64,000 nt of DNA, taken from contig DASPVC010000060.1 in NCBI GenBank assembly GCA_035622585.1, positions 119,096 through 183,095 of the forward strand. Reading direction: 5' to 3'. The DNA comes from Candidatus Acidiferrum sp. GTDB taxonomy: Bacteria > Acidobacteriota > Terriglobia > Acidiferrales > UBA7541. The position numbers and the translations under genes are program-made. Positions within the stretch are counted from its first letter, which is position 1; each line of letters starts with the position of its first letter. Shown one piece after another: positions 55,838 through 64,000 of the stretch. The notes beneath the pieces are model-generated. The model was not told the DNA's origin. It was given only the letters and a program-made list of their open reading frames with translations, and made no database searches.

Positions 55838-56557
55838 ATGCGAGCTCCATACGGCATGGAACTGATCGAGGACTGCAAAACTTGTCCGATGAGGAAAAAC
55901 GGCTTCTTCTGCCAGCTGGCCGGCCCTGCGCTTCAAGCGTTCAGCAACGTCAAGTTCACGACCACATACCCGGCGCAGGCGGTTCTATACGTCGAGGGAC
56001 AAGCCCCACGCGGGATTTACATGCTCTGCAAGGGCCGCGTCAAGCTCACGATGAACTCTGCCGACGGCAAGACCCTGATCGTCCGCATCTGCGAACCCGG
56101 AGAGATTCTCGGCGCACATGCGGCGATTTCGGGAGAGACGTACGAGCTGACGGCCGAAGCTCTTCAGCCCTGCCAAGTCGACTTCGTTCGGCGCGAAGAC
56201 TTCCTGAAACTGCTCCGCGAACAGCCCGATATCGCTGCAGCTGTGATGCGGCAGCTCAGCACTGGTTACCGCCGGGCCTGCCAGGAAATTCGCTACCTTG
56301 GCCTCTCCCGGTCGGCGAGTGAGAAGGTTGCGCAATTCCTGCTGGAAACGGCGTCCAGCGGCCAGCAGACGAACCAGGGAAAGCGCTTCCATCTGGGTTT
56401 GACCCATGAAGAAATCTCTCAGATCGTCGGGATTTCTCGCGAGACGGTGACGCGCACCATGACTGAGTTCAAGAACAAAGCCCTGATCGCGACAAAAGGC
56501 GCAATGATCGTCATCCGGAATGAGTCCGGGCTCAGGGCGCAGGCTGCGGCGGCGTGA
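55838..56557 (+). CDS. Crp/Fnr-family transcriptional regulator with a CRP-type recognition helix and an N-terminal Cys cluster
   Basis: cNMP-binding-like beta-roll. HTH is EEISQIVGISRETVTRTMTEF (compare E. coli CRP GCSRETVGRILKML). N-terminus is DCKTCPMRKNGFFC. SD AAAGGAG precedes 55838. Confidence 0.88.
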   Translation: MRAPYGMELIEDCKTCPMRKNGFFCQLAGPALQAFSNVKFTTTYPAQAVLYVEGQAPRGIYMLCKGRVKLTMNSADGKTLIVRICEPGEILGAHAAISGETYELTAEALQPCQVDFVRREDFLKLLREQPDIAAAVMRQLSTGYRRACQEIRYLGLSRSASEKVAQFLLETASSGQQTNQGKRFHLGLTHEEISQIVGISRETVTRTMTEFKNKALIATKGAMIVIRNESGLRAQAAAA

Positions 56558-56602
56558 CGCTCCCCGGAGCGCAAAGGCGGCGCCAAAGGGCGGAGGCGCA
56601 TT

Positions 56603-57067
56603 ATGGAAACAACCCACAGATACGAGGTCAGAGCTAAATCGACCAGACCGCGCTCTGGTGTGGTCGCATCGGATGCGATAGCGCAGCCGATTGTGTTCAG
56701 CGTCCCGCCGGAATTTGCCGGCGAGCCTCGCGTCTGGACGCCGGAGCACTTTTTCGTCGCTGCCATCGTCGCGTGTTATGTGAGCACGTTTTCCGGCATG
56801 GCGGAAATATCTAAGTTCCATTTCATTTCGCTTGAGGTCGATGCTGAAGGGACGCTCGAGAAAGACACAAGCGGCTGGAAGTTCACGGAAATCAAGCTGC
56901 GCCCGGCTTTGAGAGTTTCTCAGGAGAAAGACGGCGACCGAGGCGTTCGGTTGTTGGAGAAGGCGGAGCGCACGTGTCTCATCGCGCGCTCGATCACGGC
57001 GAAGGTCACGCTGGAACCCACGATTAAGGTTTCCCCGGAAGTCGTGCTCTCAGAAGCGGCGCCATAG
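56603..57067 (+). CDS. OsmC/Ohr-family peroxiredoxin-like protein
   Basis: 154 aa. PEHFFVAAIVACYVSTF and ERTCLIARSI (two conserved Cys). Confidence 0.8.
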   Translation: METTHRYEVRAKSTRPRSGVVASDAIAQPIVFSVPPEFAGEPRVWTPEHFFVAAIVACYVSTFSGMAEISKFHFISLEVDAEGTLEKDTSGWKFTEIKLRPALRVSQEKDGDRGVRLLEKAERTCLIARSITAKVTLEPTIKVSPEVVLSEAAP

Positions 57068-57270
57068 CGCGCGTCGCTGGCATCACTCAGCAGAAATCGG
57101 CGCAGGAAGATCGCTCGCGGCAGTTTCCTCTCTCATGCGCGCGTGAGCGATTCCGTCCCGGTGACGTTCATTGACCGTCCATTCATAATCGGAGGTCCAT
57201 ACTAGTTCGTCCCCTGGTTTCGAGCGCAAGATAGCGGGGCGCTTCGAGCCCTCTCGGCAGGATACCCAGA

Positions 57271-59001
57271 TTGGAGCGCACCTTGAGCCCAAACTTCCAC
57301 GCGCGCTTCGCAGCTTACTTTTCCATGGAAATCGCCTTAGACCCGGCGATGCCCACCTACTCCGGCGGCCTCGGCATTCTGGCGGGCGATACGTTGCGGT
57401 CCGCCGCGGACGCAAACGTGCCTCTCGTCGGAATCACTCTCCTGCATCGCAAGGGATACTTCGAGCAGCATCTCGATTCGGCGGGCAACCAGACGGAAAG
57501 CCCTTCGATCTGGGCCCCGGAATCCGTCCTCAAGGAAATGCAGCCGCGCGCTACTGTGCGCATTGAAGGCAGGAACGTCCGTATTCGCGCGTGGGAGCAC
57601 GTGATCATCGGGGTCGACGGCTACACCGTACCGGTCTATCTCCTCGATACCGCTCTCGCCGAGAACACTCCTTTTGACCAAACGATCACGGACCACCTCT
57701 ACGGCGGCGACGATCACTACCGCTTGTGCCAGGAAGTCGTCCTTGGGATGGGCGGCGTCGAAATGCTGCGCGAACTCGGCTACCACCACATTCAAACCTT
57801 TCACATGAATGAGGGCCACTCCGCGCTCCTCACGCTCGCAATCCTTCAACTCCATATGGCGGGACGGCCCGTGGCGGAAGCGACCGCCGATGACATCGCG
57901 TTTCTTCGCAAGAAATGCGTCTTTACAACGCACACGCCGGTCCCGGCGGGCCACGACAAATTCTCGAAGGAACTGGTACGCAGCGTGATGGGCGAAGATC
58001 GCTTGGCGGAACTGGAAAAGCTCGGCTGTCTCCACGAGAACGTCTTGAATATGACGTACCTGGGCCTTCGCGGCTCCCACTACGTCAACGGGGTCGCCAT
58101 GCAGCACGGCGAGATATCGCGAACGATGTTCCCCGAATATCCCGTCCATGCCATCACGAACGGCGTCCATGCGGTCACGTGGACCTCGCCCTCGTTTCAG
58201 CAGCTTTACGACAAGCACATTCCCGAGTGGCGTCACGACAAGCTGTATCTTCGCTACGCCATCGGCATTCCCCTCCGCGAGATTGACGACGCGCACCGCC
58301 AGGCCAAGCAGGCGTTGTTGGACGCCGTCAAGGAGAAGACCGGTGCCGCGCTGGACCCTTCTGTCATGACCATCGGCTTCGCCCGCCGCGCGGCGACCTA
58401 CAAGCGGGCGGATCTCGTGTTTACGGATCCCGACCGCCTCAAATGGATCGCGCAAAATGCAGGCTCGCTGCAAATCGTCTTTGCGGGCAAAGCTCACCCC
58501 AATGACGGACCTGCAAAGGACATGATCCGTCACGTCTTTCAAATGATCGGAGTGCTCAAAGATGCCGTTCGGATCGTGTACCTCGAAAATTACGAGATGG
58601 TCTGGGCCCAGCTTCTGACAAGTGGAACCGATCTTTGGTTGAATACGCCTCATCGTCCGTATGAGGCTTCCGGAACGAGCGGAATGAAAGCGGCGCTCAA
58701 TGGCGTGCCGAGTTTCAGCGTGCCCGACGGCTGGTGGATCGAGGGTCACATCGAGGGAGCGACCGGGTGGGATATCGGCCACGAGGAAATTCCGGATGTC
58801 GCCGCCGAGGAGATCGGCTCGCTGTATGACAAGCTGGAGAATGTCATCCTGCCGACATTCTATGGCCGCAGGAATGTCTACCTGGAAATCATGCGCCACT
58901 GCATCGCGCTGAATGGCTCGTTTTTCAATACCCAAAGGATGCTGGCGCAGTATGTCGCAAACGCGTATTCACTGGGCAGGCGTCAGGAAACGGCAAAGTA
59001 A
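57271..59001 (+). CDS. glgP: Alpha-glucan phosphorylase (GlgP-family, short form)
   Basis: AYFSMEIAL...PTYSGGLGILAGD, HMNEGHSA, FARRAATYKR and EASGTSGMKAALNG (PLP Lys). TTG start in the ORF track. Confidence 0.9.
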   Translation: MERTLSPNFHARFAAYFSMEIALDPAMPTYSGGLGILAGDTLRSAADANVPLVGITLLHRKGYFEQHLDSAGNQTESPSIWAPESVLKEMQPRATVRIEGRNVRIRAWEHVIIGVDGYTVPVYLLDTALAENTPFDQTITDHLYGGDDHYRLCQEVVLGMGGVEMLRELGYHHIQTFHMNEGHSALLTLAILQLHMAGRPVAEATADDIAFLRKKCVFTTHTPVPAGHDKFSKELVRSVMGEDRLAELEKLGCLHENVLNMTYLGLRGSHYVNGVAMQHGEISRTMFPEYPVHAITNGVHAVTWTSPSFQQLYDKHIPEWRHDKLYLRYAIGIPLREIDDAHRQAKQALLDAVKEKTGAALDPSVMTIGFARRAATYKRADLVFTDPDRLKWIAQNAGSLQIVFAGKAHPNDGPAKDMIRHVFQMIGVLKDAVRIVYLENYEMVWAQLLTSGTDLWLNTPHRPYEASGTSGMKAALNGVPSFSVPDGWWIEGHIEGATGWDIGHEEIPDVAAEEIGSLYDKLENVILPTFYGRRNVYLEIMRHCIALNGSFFNTQRMLAQYVANAYSLGRRQETAK

Positions 59002-59014
59002 TCGAGCCGCGCCG

Positions 59015-60616
59015 CTATAGTGACATTGCGCGCGGCAAGAAACGGAAGAAAACCAGCGCGATCAGTATGAGATAGGCTAGCACGATCAGCGTCCAACCCA
59101 TGTTGTGCCGGATCACCTGACCTTCGCTGCGAACGAGCTTGCTCGTCGAAACGCCCACGCTCGCCGTCTGCGGCGCAATCGGTTTTCCGACCTCCGCTCC
59201 TACCGAGTTCAGTGTGGGAAGCAAAAGGACCGGCAAATTCAGCAGCCTTCCAGTCACCATTTGTACGGGCCCGAACATCGCGTTCGTGGACGTGTTGCTG
59301 CCCGATAGTGCGACTCCGATCCAGCCCAGAATCGGCGCCAGAACAACGAAGAAGATTCCGATCTTCGACAGTCCGTAGGCCAGCGAATTTGCCATTCCCG
59401 TGTAAACGAAAACGTACGCCAGCGCGAAGATGAAGAAGGCGACCAGCAGCGCGCCCCACATCTGCTTGAACGTCCGTGAAAAGACTTGCCGCAGAATCCG
59501 GCCGCTCGGCTGCAAGAGCGCCAGGATGACAAGCCACGAAGCGAAGATCGACGAGCCGCCGTTGAAAGGCGCGAAGTTGAACACAGACGCGATCGGCTTC
59601 AGCGTAACCGATGACTTCGCGGCAATCGACAGCTTGAACAGAATGATCGTCGGCAGCGTCGACCACGGGCCGGTCCACGCGACAACTACGACAATCAGCA
59701 CGATGTACGGCAACCACACTCGCAGCGCTTCACGCACGGAAGTCGGCGCAGTCACGTTCCGCGCTGGCGACTCCAGCACGGCGCCGCCGAATCCCCGCAC
59801 AGTCTTTGGCCGCCAGATCTTCACGAAAAGGAACAGAATCCAGAACGAAGCCAGCGCGCCGCTCAGGTCCGGAAGATAGGGACCAAGGAAGCGCGCCACC
59901 GGCCACTGTCCTGCGATGTAGGAAAGCGATCCAACGACGGCCAGCGGCCACGCCTCAGCCACTCCCCTTCGCCCGCTGACCAAATAGATCAGGACCCACG
60001 GCGGCAGCAGAGCCAGCACCGCGACCACGTTGCCGATCGAACCCGAGAGCGCCATCAGCGGTAATCCCGTCACCGCCGCCAGGCCGATAATCGGCGCGCC
60101 GAGCGCTCCGTACGATACCGGCGCGTTGTTCGCCAGCGCCGCCACCCGGATCGCGTCCAGGTCCGCGATCCCGAGCCCGACCAGAATCGGCACGACCACC
60201 GCCCAAGGATAGCCGAACCCGACGAGCCCCTCCAAAAGCGCGCCAAAGGCCCATGCCAGCATGATCGTCTGGATTCGAATGTCCGCCGTCGCGTGGTGAA
60301 CCATCCAGCTCTCAAACCGCTCGAAATCTCCCGTCAGCACAAGCGTATTGAAAATGATCAGGCCCCAGAACGTGATCCAGTCGATCGACCAAACGCCGGT
60401 CATCCCGCCAAACAGGTAGGACTTCATCGCGCTCGCAAGTGGAGCGTGCCAGACCAGTACACCCACCGGGATCGTGATCGCGCCCGCGATGATTGTGGCG
60501 AACCAAGCCGTGATTCGAAAAACCGCGAGCATCAAGATCAGCGCGATCAGCGGCACCAGAGCAGCCAAAATGGTCAGCCAAAGATGCCCTGTCGGATTAA
60601 GTGTCTGCTCGAACAT
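59015..60616 (-). CDS. lctP: L-lactate permease (LctP family)
   Basis: About 533 aa, multi-TM. The ATG at 60616 gives MFEQTLNPTGHLWLTILAALVP. LctP-like motifs are GALGAPI and TSTNAMFG. Confidence 0.85.
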   Translation of the reverse strand: MFEQTLNPTGHLWLTILAALVPLIALILMLAVFRITAWFATIIAGAITIPVGVLVWHAPLASAMKSYLFGGMTGVWSIDWITFWGLIIFNTLVLTGDFERFESWMVHHATADIRIQTIMLAWAFGALLEGLVGFGYPWAVVVPILVGLGIADLDAIRVAALANNAPVSYGALGAPIIGLAAVTGLPLMALSGSIGNVVAVLALLPPWVLIYLVSGRRGVAEAWPLAVVGSLSYIAGQWPVARFLGPYLPDLSGALASFWILFLFVKIWRPKTVRGFGGAVLESPARNVTAPTSVREALRVWLPYIVLIVVVVAWTGPWSTLPTIILFKLSIAAKSSVTLKPIASVFNFAPFNGGSSIFASWLVILALLQPSGRILRQVFSRTFKQMWGALLVAFFIFALAYVFVYTGMANSLAYGLSKIGIFFVVLAPILGWIGVALSGSNTSTNAMFGPVQMVTGRLLNLPVLLLPTLNSVGAEVGKPIAPQTASVGVSTSKLVRSEGQVIRHNMGWTLIVLAYLILIALVFFRFLPRAMSL

Positions 60617-60728
60617 CGCGGAGGGGTATATCACATTTGGGCGGCGGAGGGTGAGTTGATAACCGGCACGCCGCGACATACAATACGCGCCACTGACAGC
60701 ACATTCGCAATCCGAGTTCGGGGGAAAC

Positions 60729-61106
60729 ATGCCAGCCACATCAGAGCGGATTTACGTCGGCGCGAGTGATCGCGTGCCGGAAGGCGGCCGCCTGGTCGTC
60801 GACGTAAACGAGAAAACTGTGGGCATCTTTCGCTTCGAGGGCACGCTCTATGCTTGGGAGAACGTCTGCGCCCATCAAGGCGGTCCGGTCTGCCAGGGCA
60901 AAATCATTCATCGCGTCACGGAAGTGATCGACTCGGGCGGTGAAAGTCGCGGCTTCGCCTTCGATGAATCGCACCTGCATATCGTCTGTCCGTGGCACGG
61001 CTTCGAGTACGACATTAAAACAGGCGTGCATCCGGGACGCCCTGCAGCCAGGCTGATCCGCGTGGCGGTGGAAGAGACGAGCGACGGAATTTATGTCACC
61101 GTCTGA
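60729..61106 (+). CDS. Rieske [2Fe-2S] domain protein
   Basis: CAHQGGPV and CPWHGFEYD cluster ligands. Confidence 0.88.
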   Translation: MPATSERIYVGASDRVPEGGRLVVDVNEKTVGIFRFEGTLYAWENVCAHQGGPVCQGKIIHRVTEVIDSGGESRGFAFDESHLHIVCPWHGFEYDIKTGVHPGRPAARLIRVAVEETSDGIYVTV

Positions 61107-61413
61107 AGAGTCCGCGAAATTGTCTGCGCTCGTTGCGCAACTAGGCCTGCAAATCGAGCGAACGATCCAGGCTGGTGAACTGGCTCAGGTGCCTCCGCCC
61201 GATATCACGCAGCTCGTCAGCGGGGCGGTAAGGCTGTATGCGATGAGCGTCGAAGAGGCGGAACCAGGCGCGGAAACGGCGCCCGTGATCGACGATACGG
61301 TTTCCACCACGGAAGCGATGGTCGTCGCCTGCGCTCTGCTGCGCGCGCATCATTTGAACCCGTTCGATCTCGCGCTTTGGTTCCAACGAACCGCGCCGCA
61401 GCGCGGCCAGTAA
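61093..61413 (+). CDS. Hypothetical protein
   Basis: 106-aa ORF overlapping the Rieske stop by 14 nt. High GC3. I recognised no motif. Confidence 0.45.
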   Translation: MSPSEESAKLSALVAQLGLQIERTIQAGELAQVPPPDITQLVSGAVRLYAMSVEEAEPGAETAPVIDDTVSTTEAMVVACALLRAHHLNPFDLALWFQRTAPQRGQ

Positions 61414-61454
61414 ATAACAGGAGATTGAGAACGGCCCTGTAAGAGGACATACCT

Positions 61455-62675
61455 ATGAGCACAACGAAGACCCTGAATGGCACAACCACGGCGAGGGAAC
61501 ATCCGGTCCAGCAGATCACTACACGCACGGACTCGCGCGAAATCCTGGCAAATGCTCGCCGCGACATCGCGCGCTATCACCTCGACGACTACTTCATCGT
61601 CGATGTCGATGCGCATCACGTCGAGTTCGACTCATGGGCCGAAATCCTCGATCACCTTGAAAATCCCGTGCTTCGTCACAACGCCAAGGTGATGACCCAG
61701 GATTGGCCCCGCGCCCGCCAGATGGCTTTCAGCAATCATCCTGTCGGGATGACGTTTCAGGACGTTTTCGGCCGTATCCCGCACCAGGCCGAACTCGCCG
61801 AGCACGTCGAGAGGACCGACGAGCACCGTGATCTGACTCTGATTCGTCGGGCTATGGATTCGATGGGCATCAAGATGCAGGTCGTCTTCCCGCAGCCGAT
61901 GCTCGAAATGGGCCTGCACCCTGAGCAGGACATCGTCACCGCGATGACGTTCGCTTACAACCGCTGGTTCACTCGGACGATCCTGCCGCGCGAGAAGCGC
62001 GTGAAGTCGCTGCTCTGCCTGCCCTTTCACGATCCCGACGCGTCGCTCAGAACGATCCGCGAATTCGGCGAGACGCCCGGCGTCGTCGGCTTCATGATCA
62101 CCAGCCAGCGCCACACCGGCGTCCATCGCAATATGTACATGCGGATCTACAGGGAGCTCGAGGAGCGCGGCCTCCCGCTCGCTTTCCACGCCGGACCGAG
62201 CTGGGGCGACTCGATGACGACCACTATGAACCGCTTCCTTTCGGTTCATTCGATGTCGTTCGTCACCTGCAACATGACCCACTTGACCAACTGGGTCATA
62301 AACGGCCTGCCCGAGCGCTTCCCGAAATTGAAGGTCATCTGGATCGAAAGCGGCCTCGCCTGGATTCCGTTCATGATGCAGCGCCTCGACCACGAATACC
62401 TGATGCGCCAGTCCGACGCGCCGCTGCTGAAGCGCCTTCCGAGCGAATATATTGCCGACATGTATTTCACCTCGCAGCCGCTCGAGGTGACCATGCCGCA
62501 CATGCTCGAAGCCACAATGAAGGCCATTCGCGCGGAGACCCAGTTAATGTACTCCTCTGACTGGCCGCACTGGGATTTCGACGTTCCATCGCGCATCGCC
62601 GGGTTGCCGTTTCTGAGCGAACAGGCCAAGCGCAACATTCTGGGTGAGACCGCGCGAAAACTGTTTCACATCTAG
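61455..62675 (+). CDS. Amidohydrolase-2 (ACMSD/decarboxylase-like) family metal hydrolase
   Basis: IVDVDAHH metal-binding start, FHAGPSW, SDWPHWDF. Confidence 0.8.
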   Translation: MSTTKTLNGTTTAREHPVQQITTRTDSREILANARRDIARYHLDDYFIVDVDAHHVEFDSWAEILDHLENPVLRHNAKVMTQDWPRARQMAFSNHPVGMTFQDVFGRIPHQAELAEHVERTDEHRDLTLIRRAMDSMGIKMQVVFPQPMLEMGLHPEQDIVTAMTFAYNRWFTRTILPREKRVKSLLCLPFHDPDASLRTIREFGETPGVVGFMITSQRHTGVHRNMYMRIYRELEERGLPLAFHAGPSWGDSMTTTMNRFLSVHSMSFVTCNMTHLTNWVINGLPERFPKLKVIWIESGLAWIPFMMQRLDHEYLMRQSDAPLLKRLPSEYIADMYFTSQPLEVTMPHMLEATMKAIRAETQLMYSSDWPHWDFDVPSRIAGLPFLSEQAKRNILGETARKLFHI

Positions 62676-62705
62676 CTGCGCCACACTCGCCGAAAGGAAA
62701 CCGCC

Positions 62706-63407
62706 GTGCACAAAGTTCTCGTGCTGTATCCGCCTCCCAAAGATCCGGCACATTTCAAGCGCTACTACGAGGAGACGCACCTCCCTCTCGCCGCACAGCT
62801 CCCCGGACTTGTGTCGAGCCGCCATACTTTCTTTGTCGAAGGCGTTGGCGGCGCGTCGCCATATTTCTGCATTTGGGAGGGCGAATTCGCCGATGCCGCT
62901 TCGATGGCCGCTGCGATGCAATCGCCCATCGGGCAAAAAGTCGCGGCGGACGTCCCCAACTACGCCACGGGCGGCGCCACGGTCCTTCACTTCGATGCGC
63001 AGCCTTCTCCGGCGCCAACCGCAGGCGGAAAACAAGACACCTTGTCTGCGGGGATGAGCATCCGCCGCGACATGTTCGGCCCGGCGAATGCCGACCAGGT
63101 TCTCGAAAAGGCCACTGATTTCAACCGGCCGCTTCAGGAGCTCGTCACGCGCTATTGCTTTGGCGAGGTCTGGACGCGTTCGCTGCTCGATCGCAGGACG
63201 CGCAGCATGTTGACGATGGCGCTTCTCGTCGCCCTGAATAAGCCGAATCAATTGAAAGGCCACGTTCGCGGCGCGATCAAGAACGGCGTCACCAAGGACG
63301 AAATCCGCGAAGTCCTTCTCCACAGCATGATCTATGCCGGCGTGCCAGCCGGCGTGGACAGCTTCAATCACGCCATCGACGTGCTGAAAGAACTCGGGCT
63401 CGAGTAA
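62706..63407 (+). CDS. Fusion protein: N-terminal EthD-like domain plus C-terminal carboxymuconolactone decarboxylase (AhpD-like) domain
   Basis: N-terminus KVLVLYPPPKDPAHFKRYYEETHLPLA...ATVLHFD. C-terminus YCFGEVWTRSLLDRRTRSMLTMALLVAL...HVRGAIKNGVTKDEIREVLLHSMIYAGVPA. GTG start. Confidence 0.7.
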   Translation: MHKVLVLYPPPKDPAHFKRYYEETHLPLAAQLPGLVSSRHTFFVEGVGGASPYFCIWEGEFADAASMAAAMQSPIGQKVAADVPNYATGGATVLHFDAQPSPAPTAGGKQDTLSAGMSIRRDMFGPANADQVLEKATDFNRPLQELVTRYCFGEVWTRSLLDRRTRSMLTMALLVALNKPNQLKGHVRGAIKNGVTKDEIREVLLHSMIYAGVPAGVDSFNHAIDVLKELGLE

Positions 63408-63423
63408 AGGAGCACACATCTCC

Positions 63424-64000
63424 ATGCGCGTCGGCTTCATCGGCATCGGCAACATGGGTTGGCCTATGGCCGGCCATATCGCGGCGGCGGGTCACGCGCT
63501 CACGGTGTACGACCTCGACGCCGAAAAGAGCGCCCGCTTCGCCCGCGAACACAATTGCCGGGCCGCGCGCAGCCTCGCAGAACTCGCGGAGAACGAAATC
63601 ACGATCACGATGCTGCCCACCGGCCAAATCGTGCGCGACGTAATCCTCCAGGCCGAGAACGGCGCGTTCGCGAAATCCTTGCGCCCCGGCGCGCTCGTCG
63701 TGGACATGAGCTCTTCCGAGCCAGTCGGCACGCGCGAGCTGGGAAAAGTGCTCGAGCGAAGCGGTGTCATTCTGATCGACGCTCCAGTGTCTGGCGCGGT
63801 CCCTCGCGCGAAAACCGGGACGCTCGCGATCATGATCGGCGGCAACGACAAAGCCGCAATCGAGCGCGCCAAGCCGCTGCTGCGCTCGATGGGCGACCGC
63901 CTCTTCGAAACCGGCCCGCTAGGTACGGGCCACGCGATGAAGGCGCTCAATAATTACATCGCTGCGGCGGGCTACACGGCCGTCGCCGAGGCGCTGCTGA
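63424..64000 (+). CDS. NAD(P)-dependent 3-hydroxyisobutyrate-dehydrogenase-family oxidoreductase; 3' end lies outside the window
   Basis: Hand translation MRVGFIGIGNMGWPMAGHI (Rossmann GxGxxG) ...DAPVSGAVPRAKTGTLAIMIGG. The frame is open to the window end, so it is absent from the ORF track. Confidence 0.85.
   Translation, partial: MRVGFIGIGNMGWPMAGHIAAAGHALTVYDLDAEKSARFAREHNCRAARSLAELAENEITITMLPTGQIVRDVILQAENGAFAKSLRPGALVVDMSSSEPVGTRELGKVLERSGVILIDAPVSGAVPRAKTGTLAIMIGGNDKAAIERAKPLLRSMGDRLFETGPLGTGHAMKALNNYIAAAGYTAVAEALL

Noticed and set aside
1-64000. Search for CRISPR arrays, rRNA genes, IS-element terminal inverted repeats with transposases, and reverse transcriptases or retrons.
   Set aside because: No regularly spaced short repeats, no rRNA-like sequence, and no transposase or RT motifs appeared in any ORF-track translation. 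The only mobile-DNA enzymes seen are the tyrosine integrase and the serine recombinase.

Overview
High-GC chromosomal segment. Spot counts give about 60-70% GC in core genes. The gene content looks Acidobacteriota-like (VWFA 'acidobacterial-type' protein, carboxypeptidase-regulatory-like domain, TonB, many USP and TPR proteins); that taxonomic call is inference only. No rRNA and no CRISPR array were seen. Layout: (1) 1-23.7 kb holds envelope and housekeeping genes: a Cys/Met PLP enzyme, an MltD-like lytic transglycosylase, YvcK, an M20 peptidase, rhomboid, TonB, HtrA, VIT1 and SOD. It also holds a tightly coupled HipA-like kinase + DUF3037 pair and a small histone-H1-like protein. (2) 23.8-35.9 kb is a 12.1-kb integrative island in tRNA-Asn(GTT), bounded by a perfect 40-nt direct repeat. 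Its cargo is a tyrosine integrase, an excisionase-like HTH, a second (serine) recombinase with an RHH partner, a C-protein-controlled type II R-M system, an uncharacterised HNH-fusion/membrane-protein module and several orphan genes. (3) 36-57 kb is a stress/dormancy-like supercluster: three tandem-domain USPs, a Pat-type acetyltransferase, an ABC transporter without a binding protein, a PAS-PAS-GAF sigma54 activator, Hsp20, a CBS protein, an eRF1-like (baeRF-like) protein fused in operon with an orphan GroEL, STAS, a Crp-family regulator and OsmC. Three TGTGA-N6-TCACA boxes and one canonical sigma54 promoter are readable in its intergenic regions. (4) 57-64 kb holds glucan phosphorylase, lactate permease and a Rieske/amidohydrolase/EthD-CMD catabolic cluster. 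The best candidates for an undescribed system are the island HNH + membrane protein module next to the R-M genes, the island two-gene orphan operon, the HipA-like/DUF3037 pair and the baeRF-like/GroEL operon inside the Crp/sigma54-wired stress cluster. All family assignments come from reading motifs in the translated ORFs; no database search was possible.
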